From Armatimonadota bacterium (GTDB lineage: Bacteria; Armatimonadota; SYMT01), in NCBI GenBank assembly GCA_046292385.1, contig JBKBRF010000009.1:32001-96000 (forward strand): a stretch of DNA of 64,000 nt. The letters run 5' to 3'. A program made the translations under genes and the position numbers. Shown here piece by piece: positions 32,084 to 42,390 of this stretch (its first letter is position 1; each line of letters begins with the position of its first letter). A model generated the notes under the pieces. The model made no database searches and was not told the DNA's origin. It saw only the letters and a list, made by a program, of their open reading frames with translations.

Positions 32084-33436
32084 CTACCGGAGCAGCGGCA
32101 GCATCAGCGTCGCCAGGCCGAGGAAGAAGAGGAAGCCGCACACGTCGGTGACGGTGGTGACGAAGACGCCCGAGGCCTGGGCGGGGTCGAGCTTCAGCTT
32201 TCGCAGGGCGAGCGGCACCCCGAAGCCAGCCAGGGCGGCGGCGATCATATTGAGGAGCATCGCCGCGGCGATGACGAGGCCCATCCACGGGTTCCCCCGC
32301 CAGAGCCAGACCGCCGCGCCGACGAGGGTGCCGACGGCGCACCCGTTCGCGGCGCCGAGCGCCAGCTCTTTCACGAAGGTGCGGCGCGCGTTGCGCCAGT
32401 CGAGCTCGCCCAGCGCGAGACCGCGGACGATGATGGTGAGCGTCTGGATGCCGGCGTTGCCGCCCTGTCCGGCGACGATCGTCTGCAGCGCCGCCAGGGC
32501 GGCGACCCGCTCGATCGTGCCCTCGAAGAAGCTGATCACCCACGCCGCCAGGAACGCCGTGCCGAGGTTGACGTAGAGCCAGGGGAGCCGCTTGCGCAGG
32601 GAGAAGCCGAAGGAGGAGTAGACGCTCTCATCTTCCGAGAGACCGACCATCCGGTACATGTCCTCGGAGCTCTCTTCCTCCGCGATCTCCCGGAGGCGGG
32701 CATGCGTGATCTGGCCCCGGAGCACGCCGCGGCTGTCGATGATCGGCAGCGCCAGCAGGTGGGAGCGCTGCGCGCGGATCGAAGCCTGCTCCTGGTCTTC
32801 GTAGGTGTAGGCGAACTCCACGTCCCGCCGCATTACCTCCGAGACGGCAAGCTGCGGCCGCTGGAGCAGGAGCACGTCGAGCGGCAGGTAGCCCTGCAGG
32901 CGGCCGGCGGCGTCTACGACCCAGACCTCCTGCACCTCGTCCAGCTCGTCCGCCCGCTCCCGCAGCGAGGCGATCGCCTCTTCCAGGGTCATCTCCGGGC
33001 GCACCGCCGGAGCCCCGAACGCCATTGCGCGGCCGGCCGACTCGTCGTCGTAGCCGAGCAGCTCCCGCAGCTCCTGGGCCTCGTCCGGGTCGATGCGGCG
33101 GAGGACGTCGTCCGCGACCGCCGGGTCGGTGTCCTCCAGGAGGACGACCGCTTCTTCGGAGTCGAGGTCGGAGACCATCTCCGCCAGCCGCTCCGACTCC
33201 AGGTCTTCCAGCAGCTCGTCGCGGACGGTCTCGTCCAGGAGCGTGGCGACTTCCCCGGCCAGCTGTGGGCGGAGGGCGTCGAAGACGACCTCGCGCACCT
33301 CGTCGTTCGCGTGCTCCAGGAGGTCGGCCAGGTCTTCCGGCGGCTGCTCTTCCAGCACGCGGCGGAGGTCCGTGACGGCCCCTTCCCGGACCAGCTCCTC
33401 CACCGTCTCGGTTAGTAGCCGGTGCTCTTCCTGCAT
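32084..33436 (-). CDS. mgtE: Magnesium transporter MgtE
   Basis: Acidic N-domain and CBS pair. Motifs RLPWL, GGNAGIQT, DPAQASGVFVTTVTD. Confidence 0.95.
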   Translation of the reverse strand: MQEEHRLLTETVEELVREGAVTDLRRVLEEQPPEDLADLLEHANDEVREVVFDALRPQLAGEVATLLDETVRDELLEDLESERLAEMVSDLDSEEAVVLLEDTDPAVADDVLRRIDPDEAQELRELLGYDDESAGRAMAFGAPAVRPEMTLEEAIASLRERADELDEVQEVWVVDAAGRLQGYLPLDVLLLQRPQLAVSEVMRRDVEFAYTYEDQEQASIRAQRSHLLALPIIDSRGVLRGQITHARLREIAEEESSEDMYRMVGLSEDESVYSSFGFSLRKRLPWLYVNLGTAFLAAWVISFFEGTIERVAALAALQTIVAGQGGNAGIQTLTIIVRGLALGELDWRNARRTFVKELALGAANGCAVGTLVGAAVWLWRGNPWMGLVIAAAMLLNMIAAALAGFGVPLALRKLKLDPAQASGVFVTTVTDVCGFLFFLGLATLMLPLLR

Positions 33437-33556
33437 CCGCACTCTCCGCCGGGGTGCCGCGCTCCCCTGACCGTCCGCCCGCCATGCGGAGTAGAATCCT
33501 CCGGACGGGCGCCGCGTCCGTCCAGAACAGCGTATCCCGAGCCGAGGACTGCGACC

Positions 33557-34024
33557 ATGAAATCCCCCGCCCTGCTCCCCACTTTGCTGGCTGCCGGCAG
33601 CCTGGCCGCTTATCTGCTGCTGGCGGGCCTCCCGGCGCGTGATGCTGGCGCCCAGGCCCCAGGCGCCACCCCGTTCCGCCACGTGCTCCTCGTCCCGCCG
33701 GACGACAAGGACTACGTGCTGGTCAAGATTCCGAACGGCGGGAAGGCAGTGGTCACGGACATCATCGCCTACAACAGCGCGGACGGAAACGGCCACAAAG
33801 TCGCTCCCACCGCGGAGAGCTACCTGTGGGTCGGCGGCTATGTGGACGGGAAGTCGGTGGGGCTCGTCAACCGGATGCGGGTGCTCGGCAACGAGACCGA
33901 GCAGTGGCACCTGGAGACCGGCCTGGAGCTGAGCGGCGCCGGCGAGCTGCTCGTCTCCAGCGAAAAGGAGGCGCCCGGCGCCTCGCCGGCACTGGTCTAC
34001 GTGACGGGATACCTGACGCGCTGA
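33557..34024 (+). CDS. Hypothetical secreted beta-rich protein
   Basis: GAGGA RBS, signal peptide MKSPALLPTLLAAG...AGA, high GC3. Confidence 0.75.
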   Translation: MKSPALLPTLLAAGSLAAYLLLAGLPARDAGAQAPGATPFRHVLLVPPDDKDYVLVKIPNGGKAVVTDIIAYNSADGNGHKVAPTAESYLWVGGYVDGKSVGLVNRMRVLGNETEQWHLETGLELSGAGELLVSSEKEAPGASPALVYVTGYLTR

Positions 34025-34070
34025 CCTGGGGTGAACGGGCTTCCGAGCCGCGGCTCACACCTCTTTGCGA

Positions 34071-34095
34071 GTAGGGCCGTGCGTCCACGCAGGCC
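34071..34095 (+). repeat. GTAG-type REP-like palindrome
   Basis: GTAG followed by imperfect palindrome GGCCGTGCGT-CC-ACGCAGGCC. Confidence 0.4.
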
Positions 34096-34230
34096 GAAGA
34101 CTGGCTCGCTCTCGGCTCCCGCTTCTCATGAGGTACCCCCTCGGAACCGGCTCGCGAGAGCAGATCAAAATCCGGGTGATAAACTACGGAGGCCCGGAGC
34201 GTATCCGCGGCGGTCTGGAGGGCCGAAGGA

Positions 34231-35397
34231 ATGAGCGACGAAGTCGAGCGAGAAGCACCCGTAACCGAGGCGGAGGTCCTGCGCGCACTGCAGGTGGTGG
34301 AGCATCCGCACCTGGGCGGCGACCTGGTCAGCCGCGGGCTCATCCGCGGCGTCAAGGTTTGCGAGGGGAACGTCGCGTTCGAGCTGCTGCTGCCGCCCCC
34401 GGCCGAGGGACTGCGCCCGGAGCTGCAGGAGCGCGCCCGCGCGGCGGTGCAGCGGCTCCCGGGAGTGACGATGGTCAACGTGCGCGCGGCCGCGGCCCCT
34501 TCCGCTCCGCAGCCGGCGGCACCTCCGCGCCAGGCCCAGCCGGGCTCCCCGCTGGGGGGGCCGCAGCCGGCCGGTCCCTCCATCCTCCCGGGCGTCAAGC
34601 ACGTGATCGCCGTCGGCTCCGGTAAGGGCGGCGTGGGGAAGTCGACTGTCTCCGTCAACCTGGCGGTGGCGCTGGCGCAGCAGGGAGCGCGGGTCGGGCT
34701 CCTCGACGCGGACGTCTACGGACCCAGCATCCCGATGATGATGGGCGTGCGGCAGACGCCGCTGGTGGAAGCCGGCAAGATGCTGCCGCTGGAGCAGCAC
34801 GGCGTGCAGCTCATGTCGCTCGGCTTCCTGATGCCGGACGACTCCGCGCACGTGATCTGGCGCGGGCCGATGGTCGGCGGCGCGGTGCGGCAGATGCTGA
34901 CCGACGTGAAGTGGGGCGAGCTCGACTACCTGCTGGTCGACCTCCCTCCCGGCACCGGCGACGCGCAGCTGACGCTGGCGCAGACGGTGCCGATCACCGG
35001 CGCGGTGGTGGTGATGACCAGCCAGGACGTGGCGGTCAATATCGCCAGCAAGGCGGTCGGCATGTTCCGCAAGCTGAACGTGCCGATCCTCGGCGTGGTT
35101 GGAAACATGGACAGCTTCGCGTGCCCCGCGTGCGGCACCCACACCCCGATCTTCACCCGCGGCGGCAGCGAGAGCGCCGCGCAGAAGCTGGGGGTGCCGT
35201 TCCTGGGAAGCGTGCCGCTCGACCCGCAGACGGTGGAGCACGGCGACGCCGGCACCCCGACGGTGATCGCGGCGCCCGACTCGGCGCAGGCGGCGGCGTT
35301 CCGGGCGATCGCGGAGAACGTGACGCGCCACCTGGAGCAGGACACCGATTCCGGCGACCCGTTCGGCGGGCTGCTGCACCAGTTCGGCGGAAGATAA
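34231..35397 (+). CDS. mrp: Mrp/NBP35 family Fe-S cluster carrier ATPase
   Basis: N-terminal DUF59-like domain. Motifs GKGGVGKST, DADVYGPS, WRGPM, DLPPGTGD, CPAC. Confidence 0.95.
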   Translation: MSDEVEREAPVTEAEVLRALQVVEHPHLGGDLVSRGLIRGVKVCEGNVAFELLLPPPAEGLRPELQERARAAVQRLPGVTMVNVRAAAAPSAPQPAAPPRQAQPGSPLGGPQPAGPSILPGVKHVIAVGSGKGGVGKSTVSVNLAVALAQQGARVGLLDADVYGPSIPMMMGVRQTPLVEAGKMLPLEQHGVQLMSLGFLMPDDSAHVIWRGPMVGGAVRQMLTDVKWGELDYLLVDLPPGTGDAQLTLAQTVPITGAVVVMTSQDVAVNIASKAVGMFRKLNVPILGVVGNMDSFACPACGTHTPIFTRGGSESAAQKLGVPFLGSVPLDPQTVEHGDAGTPTVIAAPDSAQAAAFRAIAENVTRHLEQDTDSGDPFGGLLHQFGGR

Positions 35398-35618
35398 GGT
35401 CTCCCGGGAACCCCGGCTTCGCGGAACACGTCTCTCTGGTGAGAGACAGGACCTCGCTGCGGTGCGGCGAGGCCCTGTCGTCGTTCCGGCTACCCCGCCT
35501 TCCCGCTCCGCGCCGCGGATCTCCCGGCCCGACTAGGAAACCGCGCGCCCCGAGTCGTAACATAAGGTAGTTGGACGGCCCGCCCCGCTCGGCGGCGGGT
35601 AACGACAGGAGGTTCCCC

Positions 35619-37205
35619 TTGCTGGATGGTGAAGGTCTTCAACCCTCGAGCGATACCGAGACTCTCGTCCGGATCCTCGGCCGCACCGCGTCGCTGCTGC
35701 AGGCGCGCGGCTGCGGGGTGTTCATCTGGGACAAGGACAAGAACCAGCTTAGTGCCATGCGGCCGTTCTTCGGGGTGGAAGACGGCGGCCTGAAGTCGCT
35801 CGAGTTTCCGGTCTCCAGCTCCGCCATGGGGAGCGCGGTCCTGCAGGACCGGCCCGTGCTGATGGACGAGACCTCCAACGGGCATCCGGACGAGCAGGCG
35901 CTCCGCACGCTCGACATCCAGAACGCGGTCTCCGTCCCGCTCGCCATCGAGCGCCGCGACGAAGGCAACATGGTGGTCGAGCGCAGCATCATGGGAGTCT
36001 TCTGCGCCTTCGACAAGTTTTACGGCCGGAAGTTCGACCTGGAAGACGCCAAGCTGCTCAGCATGATGGCGCGCCAGGCCTCCGCCGTCCTCGTCACCAG
36101 CCAGCTCTACTGGAAGGAAGTAGAGCGGACCAAGCGGCTGCACGAGATCTTCAAGAACACCTCGGTCGGCCTGATGGCGATCTCGCCAAAGGGCACCGTG
36201 ACCCAGATCAACCCCGCGGCGCAGCGAGCGCTCTCGATGGACCCGGACGGCTGGTTCGGCAAGTCGTACGAGGAAGTGATCTCTAACCGGGAGATCTGCG
36301 AGATCATTGGCGACGCGCAGGCCGGCAACCCGTCCGCGGAGCCGAAAGAGCTCACCCTCTACGAAGAGGCAGAAGACGGCGAGCGGGACGAGCGGATTTA
36401 CCGCATCCAGACCGACCCGATCCGCTCCGAAGACGGCGAGCCGATGGGCTGGGTGATCGTGTTCGAGAACATCACCGACATCCGCCGCGGCGAGCAGATG
36501 ATGGCTGCGTTCGTCGACATGGTCTCCCACGAGCTGCGGACGCCGCTGACGCCGATCCGCGGCTTCGTCTCCACCCTGCTCCAGGCCGGCGAAGGGATGT
36601 TCGACTGGGAGACCCAGGCGGAGTTCCTCCAGATCGTCGACACCGAGGCGGAGCGCCTGGGAGTGCTGATCGACGACCTGCTCAACATCGCGCGCATCCA
36701 GAACGGCCGCGGCCTGCAGTTCCACTTCACGCCGACCAACCTGCACTCGATGGCGGAGCAGGTGGTGCGGCTCCAGGCGCAGAGCTCCTATAAGAAGCCG
36801 ACCCACACGCTGGCGGTGGACATCCCCGACGGGCTGGTGATCCAGGCCGATGAGGGCAAGCTGATCCAGATCCTCCACAACCTGGTCGGCAACGCCCTCA
36901 AGTACTCCCCCGATGGCGGCGAGGTGAAGATCTCCGCCGTGGTAGAGGATGACGGCGTCAAGGTCGGGATCCACGACCAGGGCCTCGGCATCCCGCCGGA
37001 TGCGCTCCCCAAGATGTTCGGGCAGTTCTTCCGCGTGGAGTCGAGCGGACACACCGGCATCAAGGGCACCGGTCTCGGCCTCTGGCTCACCAAGTACATG
37101 GTGGAAGGCCATACCGGCCGCATCTGGGTCGAGAGCGAGTGGGGCCAGGGCAGCGTCTTCTATATCTGGCTGCCCAAGTCGCCCAGCGTGAAGAGTGACG
37201 ACTAG
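35619..37205 (+). CDS. Cytoplasmic GAF-PAS sensor histidine kinase
   Basis: H-box VSHELRTPLT, N-box NLVGNALKYS, DQGLGI, GTGLGL. TTG 35619 lies 6 nt after AGGAGG. Confidence 0.93.
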   Translation: MLDGEGLQPSSDTETLVRILGRTASLLQARGCGVFIWDKDKNQLSAMRPFFGVEDGGLKSLEFPVSSSAMGSAVLQDRPVLMDETSNGHPDEQALRTLDIQNAVSVPLAIERRDEGNMVVERSIMGVFCAFDKFYGRKFDLEDAKLLSMMARQASAVLVTSQLYWKEVERTKRLHEIFKNTSVGLMAISPKGTVTQINPAAQRALSMDPDGWFGKSYEEVISNREICEIIGDAQAGNPSAEPKELTLYEEAEDGERDERIYRIQTDPIRSEDGEPMGWVIVFENITDIRRGEQMMAAFVDMVSHELRTPLTPIRGFVSTLLQAGEGMFDWETQAEFLQIVDTEAERLGVLIDDLLNIARIQNGRGLQFHFTPTNLHSMAEQVVRLQAQSSYKKPTHTLAVDIPDGLVIQADEGKLIQILHNLVGNALKYSPDGGEVKISAVVEDDGVKVGIHDQGLGIPPDALPKMFGQFFRVESSGHTGIKGTGLGLWLTKYMVEGHTGRIWVESEWGQGSVFYIWLPKSPSVKSDD

Positions 37206-37229
37206 TAATCCGTCAGTCCGGGATAGAGT

Positions 37230-37399
37230 GGTGGATTTGGCAAGGGAGAGTGGGAGACGTCGGTTGCAGGTTAGCAAGTTGGCACGTTGCAGGTTGAGCC
37301 GCCGGTGGGCGGGTTCGGAACCTGCAACCGGTTAACCTGCAACCTGAAAACAGATGGGAGCGGGGCTCCCACTCCCCCACTCTCCCTTGCTCCCACTCC
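37230..37399. repeat. GGGAGAGT-octamer element copy 2 with a nested GCAGGTT element (copy 3, 37262-37346)
   Basis: Outer arms 37230-37256 and 37366-37399 match the reverse complement of 23864-23953. Inner arms are GGTTGCAGGTTAGCAAGTTGGCACGTTGCAGGTT / AACCTGCAACCGGTTAACCTGCAACCTG. Confidence 0.85.
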
Positions 37400-37464
37400 A
37401 AGAGATCAGAAGCTGGAAAGCGCCGCAGATCGATGCGCTGCGGAGTCCTGGGGGTAGCTAAACG

Positions 37465-39330
37465 ATGTCCCGGCGCCTTGCCGCGCTCGCGTGCCTGCTG
37501 TTCAGTGTCACGGGGCTGCTGGTAGCGCTGGGAAGCGTCCCCCAGCTCATGCGGTTCCCGCTGGAGCGTCTCAAGGAGATGGACCAGGGGCCGCTCCCCC
37601 TCGCGGCCGTCTGGCTGGAAGGCCTCCGGCCGACGGTGCAGCTCCTCGGGCGCGCGGAGCGCCTGCTGACGGGCCTGCTGGCGCTGGCTCTGATCGGCGC
37701 CTTCACCGTCCTGGCATACCAGCTCAACCCGGCGTTCCACCTGCTCAAGCCCCCGAAAGAGCGGGTCGGCAAGGGGCTGTCGGTCCATATCGACGTCCCG
37801 CGCCTGATCCGGGCGGGCCTGGCCCTGGTGATCTCGGTCTGGCTTGCCGGCTGCCTCGCTCCGCTCGCCGCACTCTTCGGGCCCAACCCCGCCGGTGGGG
37901 CGGAGGTGGGCGCCGGCACGCGCGCGGCCTGGCTGCTGCTGGGGGGTATCCCCGCCTGGACCGCCGGCATCTCCGGCGTAATGGGCGCCGTGGTCCATTC
38001 GCTGCTGCTGTTCCTGGCGCTCTGGCTGATCTGGGGCCCGGGCGGCCTGGTAACCCCGGGACGGGAGCTGCTGACGCACGCCACCCCGGTCTGGGGCGTG
38101 CTCGCCGGCCTGGCCGGTTTCCCCGCGATCCTGGCGCTCGCCGACGGCCGGCCGTGGATGATCCTGACCGGATCCGCCATCAGCCTGGCCGACCCCCGCT
38201 CGTGGAAGATCCTGCTCGCGCTCTGGCTCCTGGCCCCCGTCGCCGCGGGCGCGTACCTCGGGCTGCACGTCATGCTGTTCCGCCCGCGCCCGCTCCAGGG
38301 ACGGGCGCTCAGCATCGGCGCCCTCTGCGCCACCGCGCTGCTGCTGCTGGGCGCCCTCGTAGCCGGAAAGGCGCGCGCGGCGATGGCAGCGCTCGACGTG
38401 GAGGCGCTGAGCCTCGCCTCCACGCTGCGGCTGCAGCCGTCGCCGCTGATGCGCTTCGTCTACGTCCTGGCGCCGGACGGCAACATCTATCCCGGCTCCG
38501 CGGAGGATGGCTCCAACAGCGGCCCGCGCGACCGGATCGCCGCCACCAAGGAGACGATCCTCGAGGTCGAGCGCTTCCTGGAAGAGCGGAGCTACAACAC
38601 CGCCCTCGCCTTCCGCGCCTTCTGGCACCTGCACGACTGCGCCTCCCTCGACTGGCTCTCCACGCGCAGCCTGGAGGTCGACTTGAAGATGCTGGAGCGC
38701 GCGCCTTCCCAGATGGCGGCCGACCTGCTGCTGGAGAAGCTCGCCGATTGTCCGATCACCCCGGAGAACCGGAAAGTGCTGGACGCCCTCGCCGATCCGG
38801 AGCGGTTCCGCTGGCCACAGCCGCACGGCGCCCGCTGGCTTTCCGCCGCGTACCTCCGCTTTGGTGAGCGAGAGCTGGCCCGCGAGTTCCTGGGCCGCTC
38901 CGAGCTGAACCGGGAGCAGCTCGCCCAGGCGCTCGGCGGGATCACGCCGCTCACCGATGGAAAAGTGCGCGGCCGGCTCACGCTGGATGGGCGGCGCATC
39001 GAATTCGTGCGGCTGGGCCTGATCAACGTCACCAAGTGGCGGCGGATCGTCGGCACCCGCCGCCCGTTCCAGTGGCGCCACGTCTCCGCGATGACCCACA
39101 CCGACGCGGAGGGCCGCTTCGAGTTCACCGACCTCCCGCAGGGGCGCTACGTGCTGGTGGTCACCGGCGGCGGCATCGGGCAGAAGACGTGGCAGCCCGT
39201 GGCCGACCGCCACCCCGGAGTGATCCAGCTCGACCGGTTCTACCCGGTGCACGAGCTGGGTCCCATCAACATCCGGTACGTCGAGCCGGTCCGCCCCCCG
39301 CGCAACACCGACCTCGGCACCCTCGCCTAA
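37465..39330 (+). CDS. Multi-pass membrane protein with C-terminal carboxypeptidase-regulatory-like beta-sandwich
   Basis: Multiple hydrophobic segments. C-terminal GKVRGRLTLDG...TDAEGRFEFTDLPQGRYVL. Confidence 0.75.
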   Translation: MSRRLAALACLLFSVTGLLVALGSVPQLMRFPLERLKEMDQGPLPLAAVWLEGLRPTVQLLGRAERLLTGLLALALIGAFTVLAYQLNPAFHLLKPPKERVGKGLSVHIDVPRLIRAGLALVISVWLAGCLAPLAALFGPNPAGGAEVGAGTRAAWLLLGGIPAWTAGISGVMGAVVHSLLLFLALWLIWGPGGLVTPGRELLTHATPVWGVLAGLAGFPAILALADGRPWMILTGSAISLADPRSWKILLALWLLAPVAAGAYLGLHVMLFRPRPLQGRALSIGALCATALLLLGALVAGKARAAMAALDVEALSLASTLRLQPSPLMRFVYVLAPDGNIYPGSAEDGSNSGPRDRIAATKETILEVERFLEERSYNTALAFRAFWHLHDCASLDWLSTRSLEVDLKMLERAPSQMAADLLLEKLADCPITPENRKVLDALADPERFRWPQPHGARWLSAAYLRFGERELAREFLGRSELNREQLAQALGGITPLTDGKVRGRLTLDGRRIEFVRLGLINVTKWRRIVGTRRPFQWRHVSAMTHTDAEGRFEFTDLPQGRYVLVVTGGGIGQKTWQPVADRHPGVIQLDRFYPVHELGPINIRYVEPVRPPRNTDLGTLA

Positions 39331-40374
39331 TCACCTGCTCGGAGCCAGGCGCTCGACGTCTTGCCAGAACTCCCGCTCCACCTCCTCGAGAGCAGCACCC
39401 AGCACCCGCGCGACGTCACGGTCGAACGTCTCTGCCCGGCAGGTGTTGTAGAGCCGGAAGAAGCGCTCGGCGCCGTAGCGACGCACCAGAAAGTCGACGA
39501 AGGCGCCGCCGATCCCGTACACCGGGCCGCTGTCCTGGTGGTACCAGTCGGGACTCGTCAGCTCCCGCACTCCCGGCGCCCCGTCACCGTCGCGCAAGTA
39601 CAGGGCGCGTGCGGCAAGGTCGGCAATGTCTTTTCCACTGCGTGCTTCCGCCCAGCCTTCATGCAGGAGCATCGGCGGATCGGCGAAGGGTGGGCGCTGC
39701 AGAGCTGCGAAAGCGTGTGCCAGCTCGTGCCGGTCGACATTCGGACCGGACCACGAGTGCGGGCTCGAGGCGCTGCCGGCTGCCAACCCGAAGAACGAGA
39801 AGCCGCCGCGACCCAGGAGGGGCCCCCGTGCCCAGATCACTCGCTTCCCAGAACCGGCCGGATACTCCCGCTCCAGCGCCTCGAGATGCGCCTCCATCGC
39901 GGCGAGGTCCGCTTCCGGGCTCTCCAGGTGGTGAAAGACCATCGTGATCCGCTTGCCCTGGAGACGGTGGGGATACCGGAACTGCGCCTCGCCCACCGCC
40001 GCGGAGGCGGCGGCGATCTTCACCAGCTCCAAGGCGAGCCCGCGCGGCACCCGCCGGTCCGACCACTGGCGCCGGGCAGTCTCCCCGGCGGCCGCCGTCA
40101 GCAAGAGCGGCACGAGCCCCAGCGCCGTCCAGGCGAAAGCCCGACCCCGTGCGGGTCCACGGATGATCCTGTACAGCCCTCCCACGAGCAGCAGCCCCGC
40201 AGCGGCGAGCCAGAGCGCCATGAGCAGGGCGAACGGCCAGAACCAGGGCAGTCCAACCCCCGCGCGAAGCTGCAGCCAGAGGAGCAGGATCTCGAGACTC
40301 CAGCACGACCACGCGAGCCCGACGAAGACCGGAAGCCGGTTTCGACGCTGGAGAGGCCTCTTCTCGGGGGACAT
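39331..40374 (-). CDS. Membrane-anchored gluzincin-like (peptidase MA) protein
   Basis: Three N-terminal TM segments. HELAH...EGWAE and Y..GGAFVDFL..RYG. Confidence 0.7.
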   Translation of the reverse strand: MSPEKRPLQRRNRLPVFVGLAWSCWSLEILLLWLQLRAGVGLPWFWPFALLMALWLAAAGLLLVGGLYRIIRGPARGRAFAWTALGLVPLLLTAAAGETARRQWSDRRVPRGLALELVKIAAASAAVGEAQFRYPHRLQGKRITMVFHHLESPEADLAAMEAHLEALEREYPAGSGKRVIWARGPLLGRGGFSFFGLAAGSASSPHSWSGPNVDRHELAHAFAALQRPPFADPPMLLHEGWAEARSGKDIADLAARALYLRDGDGAPGVRELTSPDWYHQDSGPVYGIGGAFVDFLVRRYGAERFFRLYNTCRAETFDRDVARVLGAALEEVEREFWQDVERLAPSR

Positions 40375-40405
40375 CCGGCTCCAGCCCTCACTTCGGGAGC
40401 CCGCG

Positions 40406-42244
40406 TCAGAGCTCCCGCACGTAGCGCAGGACTGCCTTCAGCTCTTCCGGCGTGAGCTCCTGCGCCTTGCCGTGCTTCCCGGCGGCGTTCCAGCGCGCGA
40501 AGATCTCCTCCAGCGTGGCGGCGCGGCCGTCGTGGAGGTAGGGCGCGCTGTCGTAGACGCCGACGAGCTGCGGCACGTCGAGAGTCTTTCCCTCCGGCGT
40601 GGTGCCGATCCACGCGTTCAGGCCGCTGCCGCCCGCCTTGGGGCCGGCATGGCAGCCGGAGCAGCCCGCCTTCCCTTCGAAGAGGGCCTTCCCCTGCCGG
40701 GCTTCGCCGGTCAGGTCGCCCGACTCCTCGCGGTGGGGGTTGGGCGGCAGTCGGAAGGCGTCGACCGCCGCGATCAGCGCCGCGGTTTCCTCCGGCGTCG
40801 GCCTGGGACCGTAGAGGAGCCCGGTCACCTCCTCCTCCACGAACTGCTCCAGGTGTGCGTCGGCTCCGGACCACCGGAACGGCGCGGTGCCGCCGATCCC
40901 CGTGCGGAGGTCGCGGGAGCTGCGGCGGTCCAGCCCGTCCTGCACGTGGGCGAAGCGCCACGTCAGGCCGTCGGTCCCGCCGTCCGGATGGCAGGAGGCG
41001 CAGGTGAAGCGGTGCGACCGGGTGAGCCGCGCGTTGTGGAACAGGTACTGTCCCTGGATCGTGGGATCGACCCGAGAGGCAGCTCCCAGGGGGACCGCAG
41101 CGAGCACCTGGCTCCCGATCGCGTCGACGATCGACAGGCTGTTCCCCAGGTGGTTGGCGACCCAGACTTCCTTACCGTCCGGGCTCAGCGCCAGGCCGCG
41201 CGGGTTGGCGCCGACCAGCGTCTCCACCTGGGAGAACGGCCAGATCGAGATGCGGCGGCGGTCGTGGATGGTGAAGCGGGTCACCATATCGCGGCCGGCC
41301 ACGGAGACCCAGGCGTGCTGCGCCGCTTTGTCGAGGACGATGTCGTGCTGGTCCGGCGAGCCGATCACCTCCACGGAGCCCGGGATCCGCGCGAAGTCGG
41401 TCCACTGGTCCTCCCCCACCTCGCTCGCGGCCCCGCGCAGCTCTACCGCCTGGATCACGTTGTGCCAGATCTCCTTCGGGTCGGTGGTCACTTTGGTGTT
41501 GAAGGCCGGCATCAACGTGGCGTAGGCTTCCTTCCCGTCCGCGGTCACCGCCACGCCGCGGACGTTGATGCCTTTCAGCTTCACCTGCGCCGGCTCCGCC
41601 TCCGAGGTGACGTCGACCACGCTCAGCGATCCGCCCGCCAGGTTCGCCACCACCACCGTCTTGCCGTCGGGCGTGATCGCCACCGCTCGCGGACGCCGCC
41701 CCACCGGGATCCGCCGGACGATCTCGCCGCTGGAGAGGTCGAGCACCGCCAGTTCGTCGAGCTGGCTCACCGTCACGTAGGCGTGCTTCCCATCCGGCGA
41801 GACCGCCACCCCGTACGGCATGCCCGGGATGCGCGCGGTGAGGCGCGGCTTGCCCTCGGCGGCTCCGAGCACGGAGACCGTCCCGGAGTAGCTGTTGGCG
41901 ACGACGACCTCGCTGCCGTCCGGGGTGAGCGCCAGCCCTCGCGGCATCTCGCCGCCGGTGGGAAAGCGGGAGAGCACCCGGCGCTCCCGGGCGTCGATGA
42001 CCGCGACCGTGCCCTCGGCGCTCTCAGTCACGTAAACGCGGGAGCCGTCCGGGGAGAAGACCAGATCGTACGGGGCCCGGTTGCCCTGCACCGCGGGCGC
42101 CGCGGCGGGGATGGCGGGCGGCGGGGGCTGCTGACTCGCCACCACGGCCGACCCGGTCACCGTCAGGAGAAGCGCTCCGCAGGCGAGCCACCCGCGGAGA
42201 CGGCCGGAATGAGACTGCCGCTGGACCACCACGTTAGAGATCAA
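40406..42244 (-). CDS. YVTN beta-propeller protein fused to di-heme cytochrome c (peroxidase-like) domain
   Basis: Repeated SPDG/TPDG-xx-VYV blades. Heme motifs CASCH and CSGCH, plus APYLHDG. Confidence 0.85.
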   Translation of the reverse strand: MISNVVVQRQSHSGRLRGWLACGALLLTVTGSAVVASQQPPPPAIPAAAPAVQGNRAPYDLVFSPDGSRVYVTESAEGTVAVIDARERRVLSRFPTGGEMPRGLALTPDGSEVVVANSYSGTVSVLGAAEGKPRLTARIPGMPYGVAVSPDGKHAYVTVSQLDELAVLDLSSGEIVRRIPVGRRPRAVAITPDGKTVVVANLAGGSLSVVDVTSEAEPAQVKLKGINVRGVAVTADGKEAYATLMPAFNTKVTTDPKEIWHNVIQAVELRGAASEVGEDQWTDFARIPGSVEVIGSPDQHDIVLDKAAQHAWVSVAGRDMVTRFTIHDRRRISIWPFSQVETLVGANPRGLALSPDGKEVWVANHLGNSLSIVDAIGSQVLAAVPLGAASRVDPTIQGQYLFHNARLTRSHRFTCASCHPDGGTDGLTWRFAHVQDGLDRRSSRDLRTGIGGTAPFRWSGADAHLEQFVEEEVTGLLYGPRPTPEETAALIAAVDAFRLPPNPHREESGDLTGEARQGKALFEGKAGCSGCHAGPKAGGSGLNAWIGTTPEGKTLDVPQLVGVYDSAPYLHDGRAATLEEIFARWNAAGKHGKAQELTPEELKAVLRYVREL

Positions 42245-42277
42245 GACCTGCTACTGCTCGCGAGCTGGAAAGGATGC

Positions 42278-42353
42278 AATGGAGAGTGGAGGAGCGGGAG
42301 AGCCAGGAACAGCCTGCAGCCGCCCACGCTCCGCCTCTTCCATTCTCCCACTC
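42278..42353. repeat. Degenerate GGAGAGT-octamer inverted element, copy 3
   Basis: AATGGAGAGTGGAGGAGCGGGAG ... CCCACGCTCCGCCTCTTCCATTCTCCCACTC. Confidence 0.5.
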
Positions 42354-42390
42354 AAAACGTGAGGGGTCCACCACCTGTCCGGACAGGCTC

